A stretch of 64,000 bases of DNA from Eledone cirrhosa (GCA_964016885.1 OZ024742.1:255688001-255752000); one strand, 5' to 3'; shown: positions 1-12,213, numbered from the stretch's first letter. Notes: generated by a model not told the origin, from the letters alone. Made by a program: numbers and translations.

Positions 1-59
1 ACCATGCACATCCCGAGCTGAAGATCCGCTAAGGTGAAACAATTGTTCTCGGTATGGTG
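1..59 (+). ncRNA. Minimal type I hammerhead ribozyme (PLE pLTR type)
   Basis: ccgag-CTGAAGA-tccgctaaggt-GAAA-c-aatt-g-TT-ctcgg. Stem I is ccgag/ctcgg, extended by accat/atggt, and the stem III loop is the palindrome AATT. Confidence 0.8.
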
Positions 60-80
60 AACTAACTGTTGTGTAATCCC

Positions 81-144
<64 letters not shown>

Positions 145-407
145 GTATATGTATATATGTGTTTGTATATATATATATTTTTTTTTCCATTTACATACTC
201 TTATTCAATTATATGTATTTTTGTACACCAACGTGTAGAGTTGCGCGTGTGTGCGTGCACGTGTTTGTATTTAAACTTTACTATTTTGTTTGTTATTTTC
301 TCGGCTGTCTGGTCAGTTGGATACATATATTAACTCATTATCCCGAAATGTGCTTATGTTTGCATCTATGTATACTCCACACATGTATATATGTGTATAT
401 GTATGTG

Positions 408-454
<47 letters not shown>

Positions 455-488
455 AGATTTGAATGGATACAGTTTAGTTGAAAGGAAT

Positions 489-605
489 TTATTGACACGT
501 GTTTCTATAACAGTTACATAACCTAAAACAGCTATCTACAAACTTTTAGTTATGCAGACATTCAATATTTCAATGTTATTGTTTACTGTCATTTCATCAG
601 AATAA
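489..605 (-). ncRNA. Hammerhead ribozyme with enlarged stem II (copy in the inverted PLE unit)
   Basis: Reverse complement of 5424-5540. Confidence 0.8.
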
Positions 606-1195
606 TATTACTGAGGACCTATTTAGTTTTTATAGAGAATATTAGGAGGAAGGGGTGAAGTTGTTAGAAGAATAGTTGAAGGAGTGGTTTTTCGATAGCA
701 GTGAGAATTCTTGGTGGCAGTGATTAATTAGATTCCCATCTGTTGTTTTGACATTTTTTATAGAATATATTATTGGTTATTTTTCTAAATCTATAGAAGG
801 ATTAGAGATAGTAAAGATATGCGTGGTTGGTTTTGTGTTTGCACTTAACATTCAGACTTAAATTTTTCTTTCAAGTGTACGTATTCTTTCACCCACGCAT
901 TCACACACAAATATATTTGCACACCTCTACAAAATACATATACTCACAATTCACATATTCATACTTACATATATATACACATGCATACACATATATATAC
1001 ACACTTGTATTCATGTACATACATACGCGCTCATGTGTATACATTTTTATACTCAACTTATCTTTATATATACACACGTATAGACACACACATATATACA
1101 TACATACTCTAGTCCATGTGTACACACATACACATACATACACATCCATATACACATACATACATACACACATATATATACATACATACATATAC

Positions 1196-1240
<45 letters not shown>

Positions 1241-1257
1241 CATATATACACACATAT

Positions 1258-1290
<33 letters not shown>

Positions 1291-1559
1291 AGCACTTTAA
1301 TACATGAATACACTTACATCTAACTATACACATCAAACATATATATATATTTACTTATTTATATACATTTTCACATATATATACATACTTATGGACGTTT
1401 TTAGACACATTCATTATCGCATATTTGTACCTATTCTCATCAGCATATCTTTTCATTATTAGTATGGTAATTTAAGGTTATTAATATATGTTGAAAAGAG
1501 ATTGTTTTTATATTTTTCTAACTAGATTAAGGTTTATATAGTTGGGGGATGTCCCTCTT

Positions 1560-3881
1560 TTATGTAATATTCGGCTTGTAGTGGGAAAAAAGGGTTTTAG
1601 TTCTGTGACGGCAGAATAATGTTCGTTCAATTCTGTTATTCAGCAGTTTCTTCTTGTGTGTGATTATGTAATAAATCTCAAGATTACACAATTTGCAGAA
1701 ATTTTGGCTCCTGGAAAAGCTTTGGGTTTTAGCTAATTTTTCCCATTTTAGGGTAAACTTTTGATTGCTATCCCTGAGCGTCCAAGCTTTCTCTGCTAAA
1801 GTTGTTACATTTCTTTGGCTCTGGTGTTTTATTGAGTAAGAATGCCTATACAATCGAGATTTAAACGATGTTGCCGTTGATCCCACGTAATACCACTCGT
1901 TGCCTCCGGATTTAATGGTACACTTATAAATAATATTTTTTTCTAGGCAGTTATTGCCGAGGGGGCAGTTGTCAGGATAGGTGCAGTTACAGTTGTGTAC
2001 GTTGGGTTTTCTCTGGAGTAGTATTGCGGACGAACTTAGGTGTGGTTTATTTATGTTCTGTAGTGTATTGTCTACTGTTTTTTTGGGGTTCTTTGTACTT
2101 AAGTTCTTAGTGTTTTCGTTTAACCTTCTAGTATTGATCTTTTTTATGTGTTGTTCAAGGTTTAACGCTGTAGAGTATGACAGTCTTATAGTGGTAGGGT
2201 TTAGGATTTTGTGGTATTTGTGTGATGTGGGAAAATGTCTTTTAATTATTTTAAAGAAGAGTACTGGTAAATTTGTACTAATGGAGCTATTGTATTCGGG
2301 GTTATACCATAAGTACTCTTTGCATCGCTTTCTATTAGTTTTGTTTGTTGGTTTACTGGTGTGCATACTATGGTAGTAAGTGTGGTTTGGTGTTGTGTTA
2401 TTATATCTACCTATGTGGGATTTATTTTGGGTGTTTTGATTGTTCCCATCTATGTACTCTATTTTGTTGAGGTAGCCTGCTTTACTAAGGGCGTTATCGT
2501 AGTACTCGGCGTGTTCCTTAAATACTTGTATGTTAGAAGATAGACCCGAGATTCTAAGGGAAATATTTTTAGGGATAGATTTAATTATAGAGATGGGGTG
2601 GTTAGACCCAACATTTACGTATTTGAGATTTTCATTCAATTTATGAAACGGTTTAATCAAACCAGAGTTTAAATTGAGTGTGACATCCAGGAAGTTAACT
2701 ACTTTAAGGTTGTATTCATATGTTATAGTTAGTCCTATTTCGAGTAGTAGTTTTCTTATATCTTTGCGTAGTTTTTCTAGTTTTTGGTTATTAAGGTTTT
2801 TAGCTAGGAGGAGAACATCGTCGCGGTATATTCCGCCGTGGAGATTGCTGAATTTTTCCTGGAGTCTAAAGGCGATAAATAACCCCACAATATCAGTTAT
2901 TTCCGCCGAATCGTTAGAGCCCATTGTTATGTCAAAGTTAGAGGGTCTATCTTTACGTACCCAATAACTGTTCTCAAATTTGACTATAGTTTTCCTAGCT
3001 TCTAATATAATCTTAATTTCATCGTTTGTAAGGTCGGAGTTATCCTTAGCAAACTTAATGGCTCTATTCAAAGTTTCAGGTGATATCGATGAGTAATATT
3101 CATCGATATCAAACTGGATAAACTTAGATTTATTCTTATTGCTAATGCTATTAAACCATCTTATTGCTTCTTGGGTCTTCCCCCAGAGTTTAATGTTAAC
3201 CTTAGCCTTAATTTGGGGGATGATTCTATCTAAGATATATTTGCTTATTTTACCTATATCTGATTTAGAGGGGCAGATTAATCTAATTTTAGGGTCATTA
3301 TCAAAGTTTACCTTGTGGTCCTTAAGATTGAAAGTGGGTACCGCCGGTAAGAGTGGTCCTGTCCTATCTTCGATTCCGAGATTTTTCACTATTTCGCATG
3401 CCTCATCATTGATGTGCTTAAGGGTTACTTCACTCGTTTTTCTATATTTTTTATGTAATTCTTTTCGAATGAAGTTGTTGTATGTAGTGCAATCCATAGT
3501 GTACAGGTTTGATGTTTTGTCCGCTTTTACTACAATTCCTTTGGTGTTTTTAAGGTCGTCCAGTAGTTTTTTTATATCTTTCTGTAATTTGCTGTTGGTG
3601 TTGCGTCCTTTGAATTTAATTTTAAGGATTAAGTTCATAAGGTCCTGCTCAAATGCATCTAATAGTGGGTTGGTGGGTGGGTTTTTACAAGTCCTAAAAC
3701 CGAATTTTTTGTTTACACCACTTTCTAATGTTGAGTTCATACGGCTTCTATCATAGTGGAGCGTTTTCCACCTGACACGTCGAATGAATTCATTAGTTTT
3801 TTGAATCATGCTCAATAAATATTCCTTTCTACCTTGGGTTGGTATGTTTTTGAGTGACATATCCAGGTAGTGTTTTTCCAT
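1560..3881 (-). CDS. PLE polyprotein: reverse transcriptase + C-terminal GIY-YIG endonuclease, 773 aa, intact
   Basis: RT motifs QFDIDEYYSSI, ITMGSNDSAEI, GIYRDD and NFLDV; Cys linker CNCTYPDNCPLGNNC; GIY-YIG IIYKC...YVGST..FKSRLYRH; CKLC. Confidence 0.95.
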   Translation of the reverse strand: MEKHYLDMSLKNIPTQGRKEYLLSMIQKTNEFIRRVRWKTLHYDRSRMNSTLESGVNKKFGFRTCKNPPTNPLLDAFEQDLMNLILKIKFKGRNTNSKLQKDIKKLLDDLKNTKGIVVKADKTSNLYTMDCTTYNNFIRKELHKKYRKTSEVTLKHINDEACEIVKNLGIEDRTGPLLPAVPTFNLKDHKVNFDNDPKIRLICPSKSDIGKISKYILDRIIPQIKAKVNIKLWGKTQEAIRWFNSISNKNKSKFIQFDIDEYYSSISPETLNRAIKFAKDNSDLTNDEIKIILEARKTIVKFENSYWVRKDRPSNFDITMGSNDSAEITDIVGLFIAFRLQEKFSNLHGGIYRDDVLLLAKNLNNQKLEKLRKDIRKLLLEIGLTITYEYNLKVVNFLDVTLNLNSGLIKPFHKLNENLKYVNVGSNHPISIIKSIPKNISLRISGLSSNIQVFKEHAEYYDNALSKAGYLNKIEYIDGNNQNTQNKSHIGRYNNTTPNHTYYHSMHTSKPTNKTNRKRCKEYLWYNPEYNSSISTNLPVLFFKIIKRHFPTSHKYHKILNPTTIRLSYSTALNLEQHIKKINTRRLNENTKNLSTKNPKKTVDNTLQNINKPHLSSSAILLQRKPNVHNCNCTYPDNCPLGNNCLEKNIIYKCTIKSGGNEWYYVGSTATSFKSRLYRHSYSIKHQSQRNVTTLAEKAWTLRDSNQKFTLKWEKLAKTQSFSRSQNFCKLCNLEIYYIITHKKKLLNNRIERTLFCRHRTKTLFSHYKPNIT

Positions 3882-4140
3882 TGTTGTGGTTGCGTTTGCT
3901 GTGTGGGTTGCTCGACTTTACAGGAGGTAAATATACAGTTTTTTCCGTTGTGTTGTAATATAAATATTACACACAGTAGATTATCAGCTCACGTAGAGTT
4001 TGCTCGACGGTTCCAGTTGTAGTTCCAAAAGTAATCCGGAGAAAAATAGAAAGATTTGAATGGATACAGTTTAGTTGAAAGGAATTTATTGACACGTGTT
4101 TCTATAACAGTTACATAACCTAAAACAGCTATCTACAAAC

Positions 4141-4467
4141 GTGGGATCAACGGCAACATCGTTTAAATCTCGATTGTATAGGCATTCTTACTCAATAAAA
4201 CACCAGAGCCAAAGAAATGTAACAACTTTAGCAGAGAAAGCTTGGACGCTCAGGGATAGCAATCAAAAGTTTACCCTAAAATGGGAAAAATTAGCTAAAA
4301 CCCAAAGCTTTTCCAGGAGCCAAAATTTCTGCAAATTGTGTAATCTTGAGATTTATTACATAATCACACACAAGAAGAAACTGCTGAATAACAGAATTGA
4401 ACGAACATTATTCTGCCGTCACAGAACTAAAACCCTTTTTTCCCACTACAAGCCGAATATTACATAA
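4141..4467 (+). pseudogene. 5'-truncated PLE ORF fragment (endonuclease C-terminus) at the start of the partial tandem unit
   Basis: Identical to 7740-8066. Confidence 0.9.
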
Positions 4468-4736
4468 AAGAGGGACATCCCCCAACTATATAAACCTTAA
4501 TCTAGTTAGAAAAATATAAAAACAATCTCTTTTCAACATATATTAATAACCTTAAATTACCATACTAATAATGAAAAGATATGCTGATGAGAATAGGTAC
4601 AAATATGCGATAATGAATGTGTCTAAAAACGTCCATAAGTATGTATATATATGTGAAAATGTATATAAATAAGTAAATATATATATATGTTTGATGTGTA
4701 TAGTTAGATGTAAGTGTATTCATGTATTAAAGTGCT

Positions 4737-4769
<33 letters not shown>

Positions 4770-4786
4770 ATATGTGTGTATATATG

Positions 4787-4833
<47 letters not shown>

Positions 4834-5423
4834 GTATATGTATGTATGTATATATATGTGTGTATGTATGTATGTGTATATGGATGTGTATGTATGTGTA
4901 TGTGTGTACACATGGACTAGAGTATGTATGTATATATGTGTGTGTCTATACGTGTGTATATATAAAGATAAGTTGAGTATAAAAATGTATACACATGAGC
5001 GCGTATGTATGTACATGAATACAAGTGTGTATATATATGTGTATGCATGTGTATATATATGTAAGTATGAATATGTGAATTGTGAGTATATGTATTTTGT
5101 AGAGGTGTGCAAATATATTTGTGTGTGAATGCGTGGGTGAAAGAATACGTACACTTGAAAGAAAAATTTAAGTCTGAATGTTAAGTGCAAACACAAAACC
5201 AACCACGCATATCTTTACTATCTCTAATCCTTCTATAGATTTAGAAAAATAACCAATAATATATTCTATAAAAAATGTCAAAACAACAGATGGGAATCTA
5301 ATTAATCACTGCCACCAAGAATTCTCACTGCTATCGAAAAACCACTCCTTCAACTATTCTTCTAACAACTTCACCCCTTCCTCCTAATATTCTCTATAAA
5401 AACTAAATAGGTCCTCAGTAATA

Positions 5424-5540
5424 TTATTCTGATGAAATGACAGTAAACAATAACATTGAAATATTGAATGTCTGCATAACTAAAAGTTTGTAGATAGCTG
5501 TTTTAGGTTATGTAACTGTTATAGAAACACGTGTCAATAA
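5424..5540 (+). ncRNA. Type I hammerhead ribozyme with 88-nt stem II domain, in the PLE pLTR/5' region
   Basis: ttatt-CTGATGA(5429-35)-a-atgacagt...actgttat-a-GAAA(5524-27)-c-acgt-g-TC-aataa. Predicted cleavage is after C5535, about 210 nt upstream of the ATG. Confidence 0.8.
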
Positions 5541-5744
5541 ATTCCTTTCAACTAAACTGTATCCATTCAAATCTTTCTATTTTTCTCCGGATTACTTTTG
5601 GAACTACAACTGGAACCGTCGAGCAAACTCTACGTGAGCTGATAATCTACTGTGTGTAATATTTATATTACAACACAACGGAAAAAACTGTATATTTACC
5701 TCCTGTAAAGTCGAGCAACCCACACAGCAAACGCAACCACAACA

Positions 5745-8066
5745 ATGGAAAAACACTACCTGGATATGTCACTCAAAAACATACCAACCCAAGGTAGAAA
5801 GGAATATTTATTGAGCATGATTCAAAAAACTAATGAATTCATTCGACGTGTCAGGTGGAAAACGCTCCACTATGATAGAAGCCGTATGAACTCAACATTA
5901 GAAAGTGGTGTAAACAAAAAATTCGGTTTTAGGACTTGTAAAAACCCACCCACCAACCCACTATTAGATGCATTTGAGCAGGACCTTATGAACTTAATCC
6001 TTAAAATTAAATTCAAAGGACGCAACACCAACAGCAAATTACAGAAAGATATAAAAAAACTACTGGACGACCTTAAAAACACCAAAGGAATTGTAGTAAA
6101 AGCGGACAAAACATCAAACCTGTACACTATGGATTGCACTACATACAACAACTTCATTCGAAAAGAATTACATAAAAAATATAGAAAAACGAGTGAAGTA
6201 ACCCTTAAGCACATCAATGATGAGGCATGCGAAATAGTGAAAAATCTCGGAATCGAAGATAGGACAGGACCACTCTTACCGGCGGTACCCACTTTCAATC
6301 TTAAGGACCACAAGGTAAACTTTGATAATGACCCTAAAATTAGATTAATCTGCCCCTCTAAATCAGATATAGGTAAAATAAGCAAATATATCTTAGATAG
6401 AATCATCCCCCAAATTAAGGCTAAGGTTAACATTAAACTCTGGGGGAAGACCCAAGAAGCAATAAGATGGTTTAATAGCATTAGCAATAAGAATAAATCT
6501 AAGTTTATCCAGTTTGATATCGATGAATATTACTCATCGATATCACCTGAAACTTTGAATAGAGCCATTAAGTTTGCTAAGGATAACTCCGACCTTACAA
6601 ACGATGAAATTAAGATTATATTAGAAGCTAGGAAAACTATAGTCAAATTTGAGAACAGTTATTGGGTACGTAAAGATAGACCCTCTAACTTTGACATAAC
6701 AATGGGCTCTAACGATTCGGCGGAAATAACTGATATTGTGGGGTTATTTATCGCCTTTAGACTCCAGGAAAAATTCAGCAATCTCCACGGCGGAATATAC
6801 CGCGACGATGTTCTCCTCCTAGCTAAAAACCTTAATAACCAAAAACTAGAAAAACTACGCAAAGATATAAGAAAACTACTACTCGAAATAGGACTAACTA
6901 TAACATATGAATACAACCTTAAAGTAGTTAACTTCCTGGATGTCACACTCAATTTAAACTCTGGTTTGATTAAACCGTTTCATAAATTGAATGAAAATCT
7001 CAAATACGTAAATGTTGGGTCTAACCACCCCATCTCTATAATTAAATCTATCCCTAAAAATATTTCCCTTAGAATCTCGGGTCTATCTTCTAACATACAA
7101 GTATTTAAGGAACACGCCGAGTACTACGATAACGCCCTTAGTAAAGCAGGCTACCTCAACAAAATAGAGTACATAGATGGGAACAATCAAAACACCCAAA
7201 ATAAATCCCACATAGGTAGATATAATAACACAACACCAAACCACACTTACTACCATAGTATGCACACCAGTAAACCAACAAACAAAACTAATAGAAAGCG
7301 ATGCAAAGAGTACTTATGGTATAACCCCGAATACAATAGCTCCATTAGTACAAATTTACCAGTACTCTTCTTTAAAATAATTAAAAGACATTTTCCCACA
7401 TCACACAAATACCACAAAATCCTAAACCCTACCACTATAAGACTGTCATACTCTACAGCGTTAAACCTTGAACAACACATAAAAAAGATCAATACTAGAA
7501 GGTTAAACGAAAACACTAAGAACTTAAGTACAAAGAACCCCAAAAAAACAGTAGACAATACACTACAGAACATAAATAAACCACACCTAAGTTCGTCCGC
7601 AATACTACTCCAGAGAAAACCCAACGTACACAACTGTAACTGCACCTATCCTGACAACTGCCCCCTCGGCAATAACTGCCTAGAAAAAAATATTATTTAT
7701 AAGTGTACCATTAAATCCGGAGGCAACGAGTGGTATTACGTGGGATCAACGGCAACATCGTTTAAATCTCGATTGTATAGGCATTCTTACTCAATAAAAC
7801 ACCAGAGCCAAAGAAATGTAACAACTTTAGCAGAGAAAGCTTGGACGCTCAGGGATAGCAATCAAAAGTTTACCCTAAAATGGGAAAAATTAGCTAAAAC
7901 CCAAAGCTTTTCCAGGAGCCAAAATTTCTGCAAATTGTGTAATCTTGAGATTTATTACATAATCACACACAAGAAGAAACTGCTGAATAACAGAATTGAA
8001 CGAACATTATTCTGCCGTCACAGAACTAAAACCCTTTTTTCCCACTACAAGCCGAATATTACATAA
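5745..8066 (+). CDS. PLE polyprotein: reverse transcriptase + GIY-YIG endonuclease, 773 aa, intact
   Basis: The protein is identical to 1560-3881 and has the same motifs. Confidence 0.95.
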   Translation: MEKHYLDMSLKNIPTQGRKEYLLSMIQKTNEFIRRVRWKTLHYDRSRMNSTLESGVNKKFGFRTCKNPPTNPLLDAFEQDLMNLILKIKFKGRNTNSKLQKDIKKLLDDLKNTKGIVVKADKTSNLYTMDCTTYNNFIRKELHKKYRKTSEVTLKHINDEACEIVKNLGIEDRTGPLLPAVPTFNLKDHKVNFDNDPKIRLICPSKSDIGKISKYILDRIIPQIKAKVNIKLWGKTQEAIRWFNSISNKNKSKFIQFDIDEYYSSISPETLNRAIKFAKDNSDLTNDEIKIILEARKTIVKFENSYWVRKDRPSNFDITMGSNDSAEITDIVGLFIAFRLQEKFSNLHGGIYRDDVLLLAKNLNNQKLEKLRKDIRKLLLEIGLTITYEYNLKVVNFLDVTLNLNSGLIKPFHKLNENLKYVNVGSNHPISIIKSIPKNISLRISGLSSNIQVFKEHAEYYDNALSKAGYLNKIEYIDGNNQNTQNKSHIGRYNNTTPNHTYYHSMHTSKPTNKTNRKRCKEYLWYNPEYNSSISTNLPVLFFKIIKRHFPTSHKYHKILNPTTIRLSYSTALNLEQHIKKINTRRLNENTKNLSTKNPKKTVDNTLQNINKPHLSSSAILLQRKPNVHNCNCTYPDNCPLGNNCLEKNIIYKCTIKSGGNEWYYVGSTATSFKSRLYRHSYSIKHQSQRNVTTLAEKAWTLRDSNQKFTLKWEKLAKTQSFSRSQNFCKLCNLEIYYIITHKKKLLNNRIERTLFCRHRTKTLFSHYKPNIT

Positions 8067-8335
8067 AAGAGGGACATCCCCCAACTATATAAACCTTAAT
8101 CTAGTTAGAAAAATATAAAAACAATCTCTTTTCAACATATATTAATAACCTTAAATTACCATACTAATAATGAAAAGATATGCTGATGAGAATAGGTACA
8201 AATATGCGATAATGAATGTGTCTAAAAACGTCCATAAGTATGTATATATATGTGAAAATGTATATAAATAAGTAAATATATATATATGTTTGATGTGTAT
8301 AGTTAGATGTAAGTGTATTCATGTATTAAAGTGCT

Positions 8336-8368
<33 letters not shown>

Positions 8369-8385
8369 ATATGTGTGTATATATG

Positions 8386-8430
<45 letters not shown>

Positions 8431-9020
8431 GTATATGTATGTATGTATATATATGTGTGTATGTATGTATGTGTATATGGATGTGTATGTATGTGTATGT
8501 GTGTACACATGGACTAGAGTATGTATGTATATATGTGTGTGTCTATACGTGTGTATATATAAAGATAAGTTGAGTATAAAAATGTATACACATGAGCGCG
8601 TATGTATGTACATGAATACAAGTGTGTATATATATGTGTATGCATGTGTATATATATGTAAGTATGAATATGTGAATTGTGAGTATATGTATTTTGTAGA
8701 GGTGTGCAAATATATTTGTGTGTGAATGCGTGGGTGAAAGAATACGTACACTTGAAAGAAAAATTTAAGTCTGAATGTTAAGTGCAAACACAAAACCAAC
8801 CACGCATATCTTTACTATCTCTAATCCTTCTATAGATTTAGAAAAATAACCAATAATATATTCTATAAAAAATGTCAAAACAACAGATGGGAATCTAATT
8901 AATCACTGCCACCAAGAATTCTCACTGCTATCGAAAAACCACTCCTTCAACTATTCTTCTAACAACTTCACCCCTTCCTCCTAATATTCTCTATAAAAAC
9001 TAAATAGGTCCTCAGTAATA

Positions 9021-9137
9021 TTATTCTGATGAAATGACAGTAAACAATAACATTGAAATATTGAATGTCTGCATAACTAAAAGTTTGTAGATAGCTGTTT
9101 TAGGTTATGTAACTGTTATAGAAACACGTGTCAATAA
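9021..9137 (+). ncRNA. Hammerhead ribozyme with enlarged stem II (3' pLTR copy)
   Basis: Identical to 5424-5540. Confidence 0.8.
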
Positions 9138-9284
9138 ATTCCTTTCAACTAAACTGTATCCATTCAAATCTTTCTATTTTTCTCCGGATTACTTTTGGAA
9201 CTACAACTGGAACCGTCGAGCAAACTCTACGTGAGCTGATAATCTACTGTGTGTAATATTTATATTACAACACAACGGAAAAAA

Positions 9285-9425
<141 letters not shown>

Positions 9426-9517
9426 GAGTTAAACAAGATTCAATGAGTACATCAAAGAATAAGTTTTCCAGTAGATTGGAAGCACTCTACCGCAAAAATA
9501 TTTTCCAGAGTTATTAA

Positions 9518-9746
9518 TATTAAAATATAAATATTAATAAAATAGATGCTCTTTTGATTAATTAAATTTTATTATACATATTTTAGAGGTACAACAGTAC
9601 GTCCTCATCAGAAAAAATATATTGATACATTATAAAATATAATGTATCATTATATTTTGTCTGAAGGGGACGTACTGTTGTACCTCTGAAATATGTATAA
9701 TACAATTTAATTAATCATAAGAACATCTATTTTATTAATATTTATA

Positions 9747-9754
<8 letters not shown>
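9518..9754. repeat. Fold-back palindrome of a PLE pLTR, with a degenerate HHR in each arm
   Basis: Arms are about 115 bp around 9635. The + arm reads ctgaagg-ggacgtac..gtacctct-gaaa and the - arm reads ctgatga-ggacgtac..gtacctct-aaaa. It is related to 49580-49790. Confidence 0.8.
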
Positions 9755-9839
<85 letters not shown>

Positions 9840-10791
9840 ATGTATATGTCTATGTGTATATATATATAAATATATATATATACATGTTTATGTGTATTTA
9901 CATATATATATATACATGTGTATGTGTATGTACATATATACACACATATATACATACATACACACATATGTGTATATATAAAAAGAGAGATTCAGAAGTT
10001 GTCCACACACGAAATCACATCTTATGTATGTATGTATGTATGTATGTATGTATGTATGTATGTATGTATGTATGTATGTATGTATGTATGTATGCATGTA
10101 TGTATGTATGTGTATGTACGTATGTGTATGTATGTGTGTGAGTATATATATGTGTGTGAGGGTAGGTATATATAAGTATGTATGTATATATATATATATA
10201 AATATAATTCAGCGAGAATCGTATTTCGGCTGGTAGAAAAAGCGAAACGAAACGCAAAATCTTAGAAATGGTGGCAAGCGCTCAATAGTTAAAAAACCAG
10301 AGCTAAACAATATGTTAAAACGCCATAGAAACTGAAAATGTGGTTAAGAAGGCATTAACCACCTAAGCCAAAAAACAGATCAAGCTAAACAGGCCAAACA
10401 AAATAAATGATAAAAACCTGGACCGAAATGGAACTGGTGGTAAAATCCAAATGCAGGGTTTCTATGACACCTAAATCAATAATACTGTCTACTTAAAACT
10501 ATAAGCTTTCAGCATAAAAATCGTACAAGGAATATCACGTTATCAACAAGTAATTCTGCTCTGTAACCAACTTTGCGAGTGACGCAGAGCCTAGTAAACG
10601 CACATGCGTAAGTGACAAGGGGAAATTATATATATATATTTAATTTTACCCCATAATCTTACGTTCTACTTGAGTGTGTATATTTTCCGCGTTATTTTAT
10701 TTTGTTTCTTATCTTCATGTTATATATAAGCCTCACTTTCAATTGTAATAGCCTTTGTTTTTAAATTCATATCTTACGTACATATTAAATT

Positions 10792-10863
10792 TTCATTCTG
10801 ATGAGCGATTTCAGACGTCTCTGTTGAGCTCTTCTGTCCTCGTGAAACCTTTGGTAAATGGAA
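10792..10863 (+). ncRNA. Type I hammerhead ribozyme (solo pLTR of another PLE family)
   Basis: ttcatt-CTGATGA-gcga-(31 nt)-tcgt-GAAA-cc-ttt-gg-TA-aatgga. Confidence 0.8.
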
Positions 10864-10883
10864 TAATTGTCTTATGTTGTTTA

Positions 10884-10943
<60 letters not shown>

Positions 10944-11029
10944 ACGAAGTAAATGTGGTAAGGAACCAGATGGACCATAACGCACCAAAGTACTCAATAC
11001 TTAGGGTAGTAGCGGCGTGGGTGATAGGA

Positions 11030-11124
11030 ACCCGATGGCTGAGCTCAAGCCGTTTCGAAGGCTAATTCTGGACTAAATGAACGTTTTTATCCTGGTACAT
11101 GAATAGCCGAGCTTCTCAGGGGGT
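11030..11124 (-). ncRNA. Atypical hammerhead-like motif (non-canonical core, long stem II)
   Basis: acccc-CTGAGAAG-ctcggcta...tagccttc-GAAA-cggct-tgagctc-agcc-ATC-gggt. Confidence 0.5.
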
Positions 11125-12213
11125 AATTCCATATATGGTAAAAGTCATTGTCACAAGGATTGGTCAAAAGTTTGTTGTTGAGACACATAATTCTATCATG
11201 GCATTTTGTAGAAGGAAGGGGTAGCTGAACTTGCCAGTAGAAGAAAGAGAGAGAGGGAGTGGAGGAAACTCAGTCATGCGTTGATAGTGCCAACTACAGA
11301 AGGATCCTAAGGATAAGAGGTTGAGAAAGTATACTAGGGAATGGGAGGGGGAGGAAGTCGCAACAATAAGTAAATCAATATGGAGTAAATATATAAAAGA
11401 ATAATAAGAATGTTGAAAATATAAAAAAACAATTTCTGGTTACTATTCCCTTACCACAATCATCAAGTCTCTCACTGGTACTGCTAAACTATAGAAAAGT
11501 TTAATAGGTGGGACGGAATATTAAATACGAGATTGTAGTGAAAGAATTTTATGAGTTAGTAGTAATCATCCGAATCTATCTTACAGTGACAGGTCAACAA
11601 GTAGGGGGCCAAAATACTAAAGAAACTATTACGAAATAATAATTCGGAGACCCGAAACTAATACGAAATAATAATTCAGAATCCCGAAAATGAATACTAA
11701 TACAATATATAAGAGTGCCGCTCCGATACGAACATTCTAATACAAACTACATAAATGCTCGTACGACATATATGAAACATTTGATACGAAAAATATGATA
11801 CGAAAAATATTAATTCAGACCCCCCCCCCCCCCCAACAAAAAATACTGATATACGAGAAACTGAAGCAGAGATACCACTAAGACATATAGAAAGCAGAGA
11901 ATGGGGCAGCCATCGGATAAGAAAGCAAGAATCTGGGTCTATCACATCTGCTAAAAAAGCGGAGTCGGCCAATTCTATCATAGAATAGGGGATGGGGGTG
12001 GGGGTACTGAGGCTATAAGGGACCGAAGGGCTGCCTCGGGGTGGGCGAGAAAGTGAAAAGGACGACGACAACGAAGGAGAACTGGGGTGGAAGGACTAGG
12101 AAGGGATGGGGGAAGAAGGAAATATAGAGGAAACGATAAAAAGATATATAAGAAAATCTTACGTCTACCTTTGCAAGCAGGGGTTACCTATTACATAGTC
12201 GGCAAGTGGGGTG

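Noticed and set aside
69-1336. Many ORFs rich in YI/CV/HT repeats here and throughout the window
   Set aside because: They are translations of (TA)n, (TG)n and (CA)n microsatellites, not proteins.
1981-3756. Antisense ORFs (131, 97 and 205 aa) overlapping the PLE ORF
   Set aside because: These are shadow ORFs expected from codon bias, with no recognisable motifs.
5437-5522. Genuine tRNA gene inside the HHR stem II
   Set aside because: It lacks the GTTC T-loop, GG D-loop and a 7-nt anticodon loop; it is only topologically cloverleaf-like.
8067-8230. Possible SECIS element or extra hammerhead (atgaa..., ctgatga at about 8184) after the PLE stop, since some Naiad PLEs encode selenoproteins
   Set aside because: The 773-aa ORF has no in-frame TGA. 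I found no convincing SECIS helix and no matching GAAA box or stems for an HHR.
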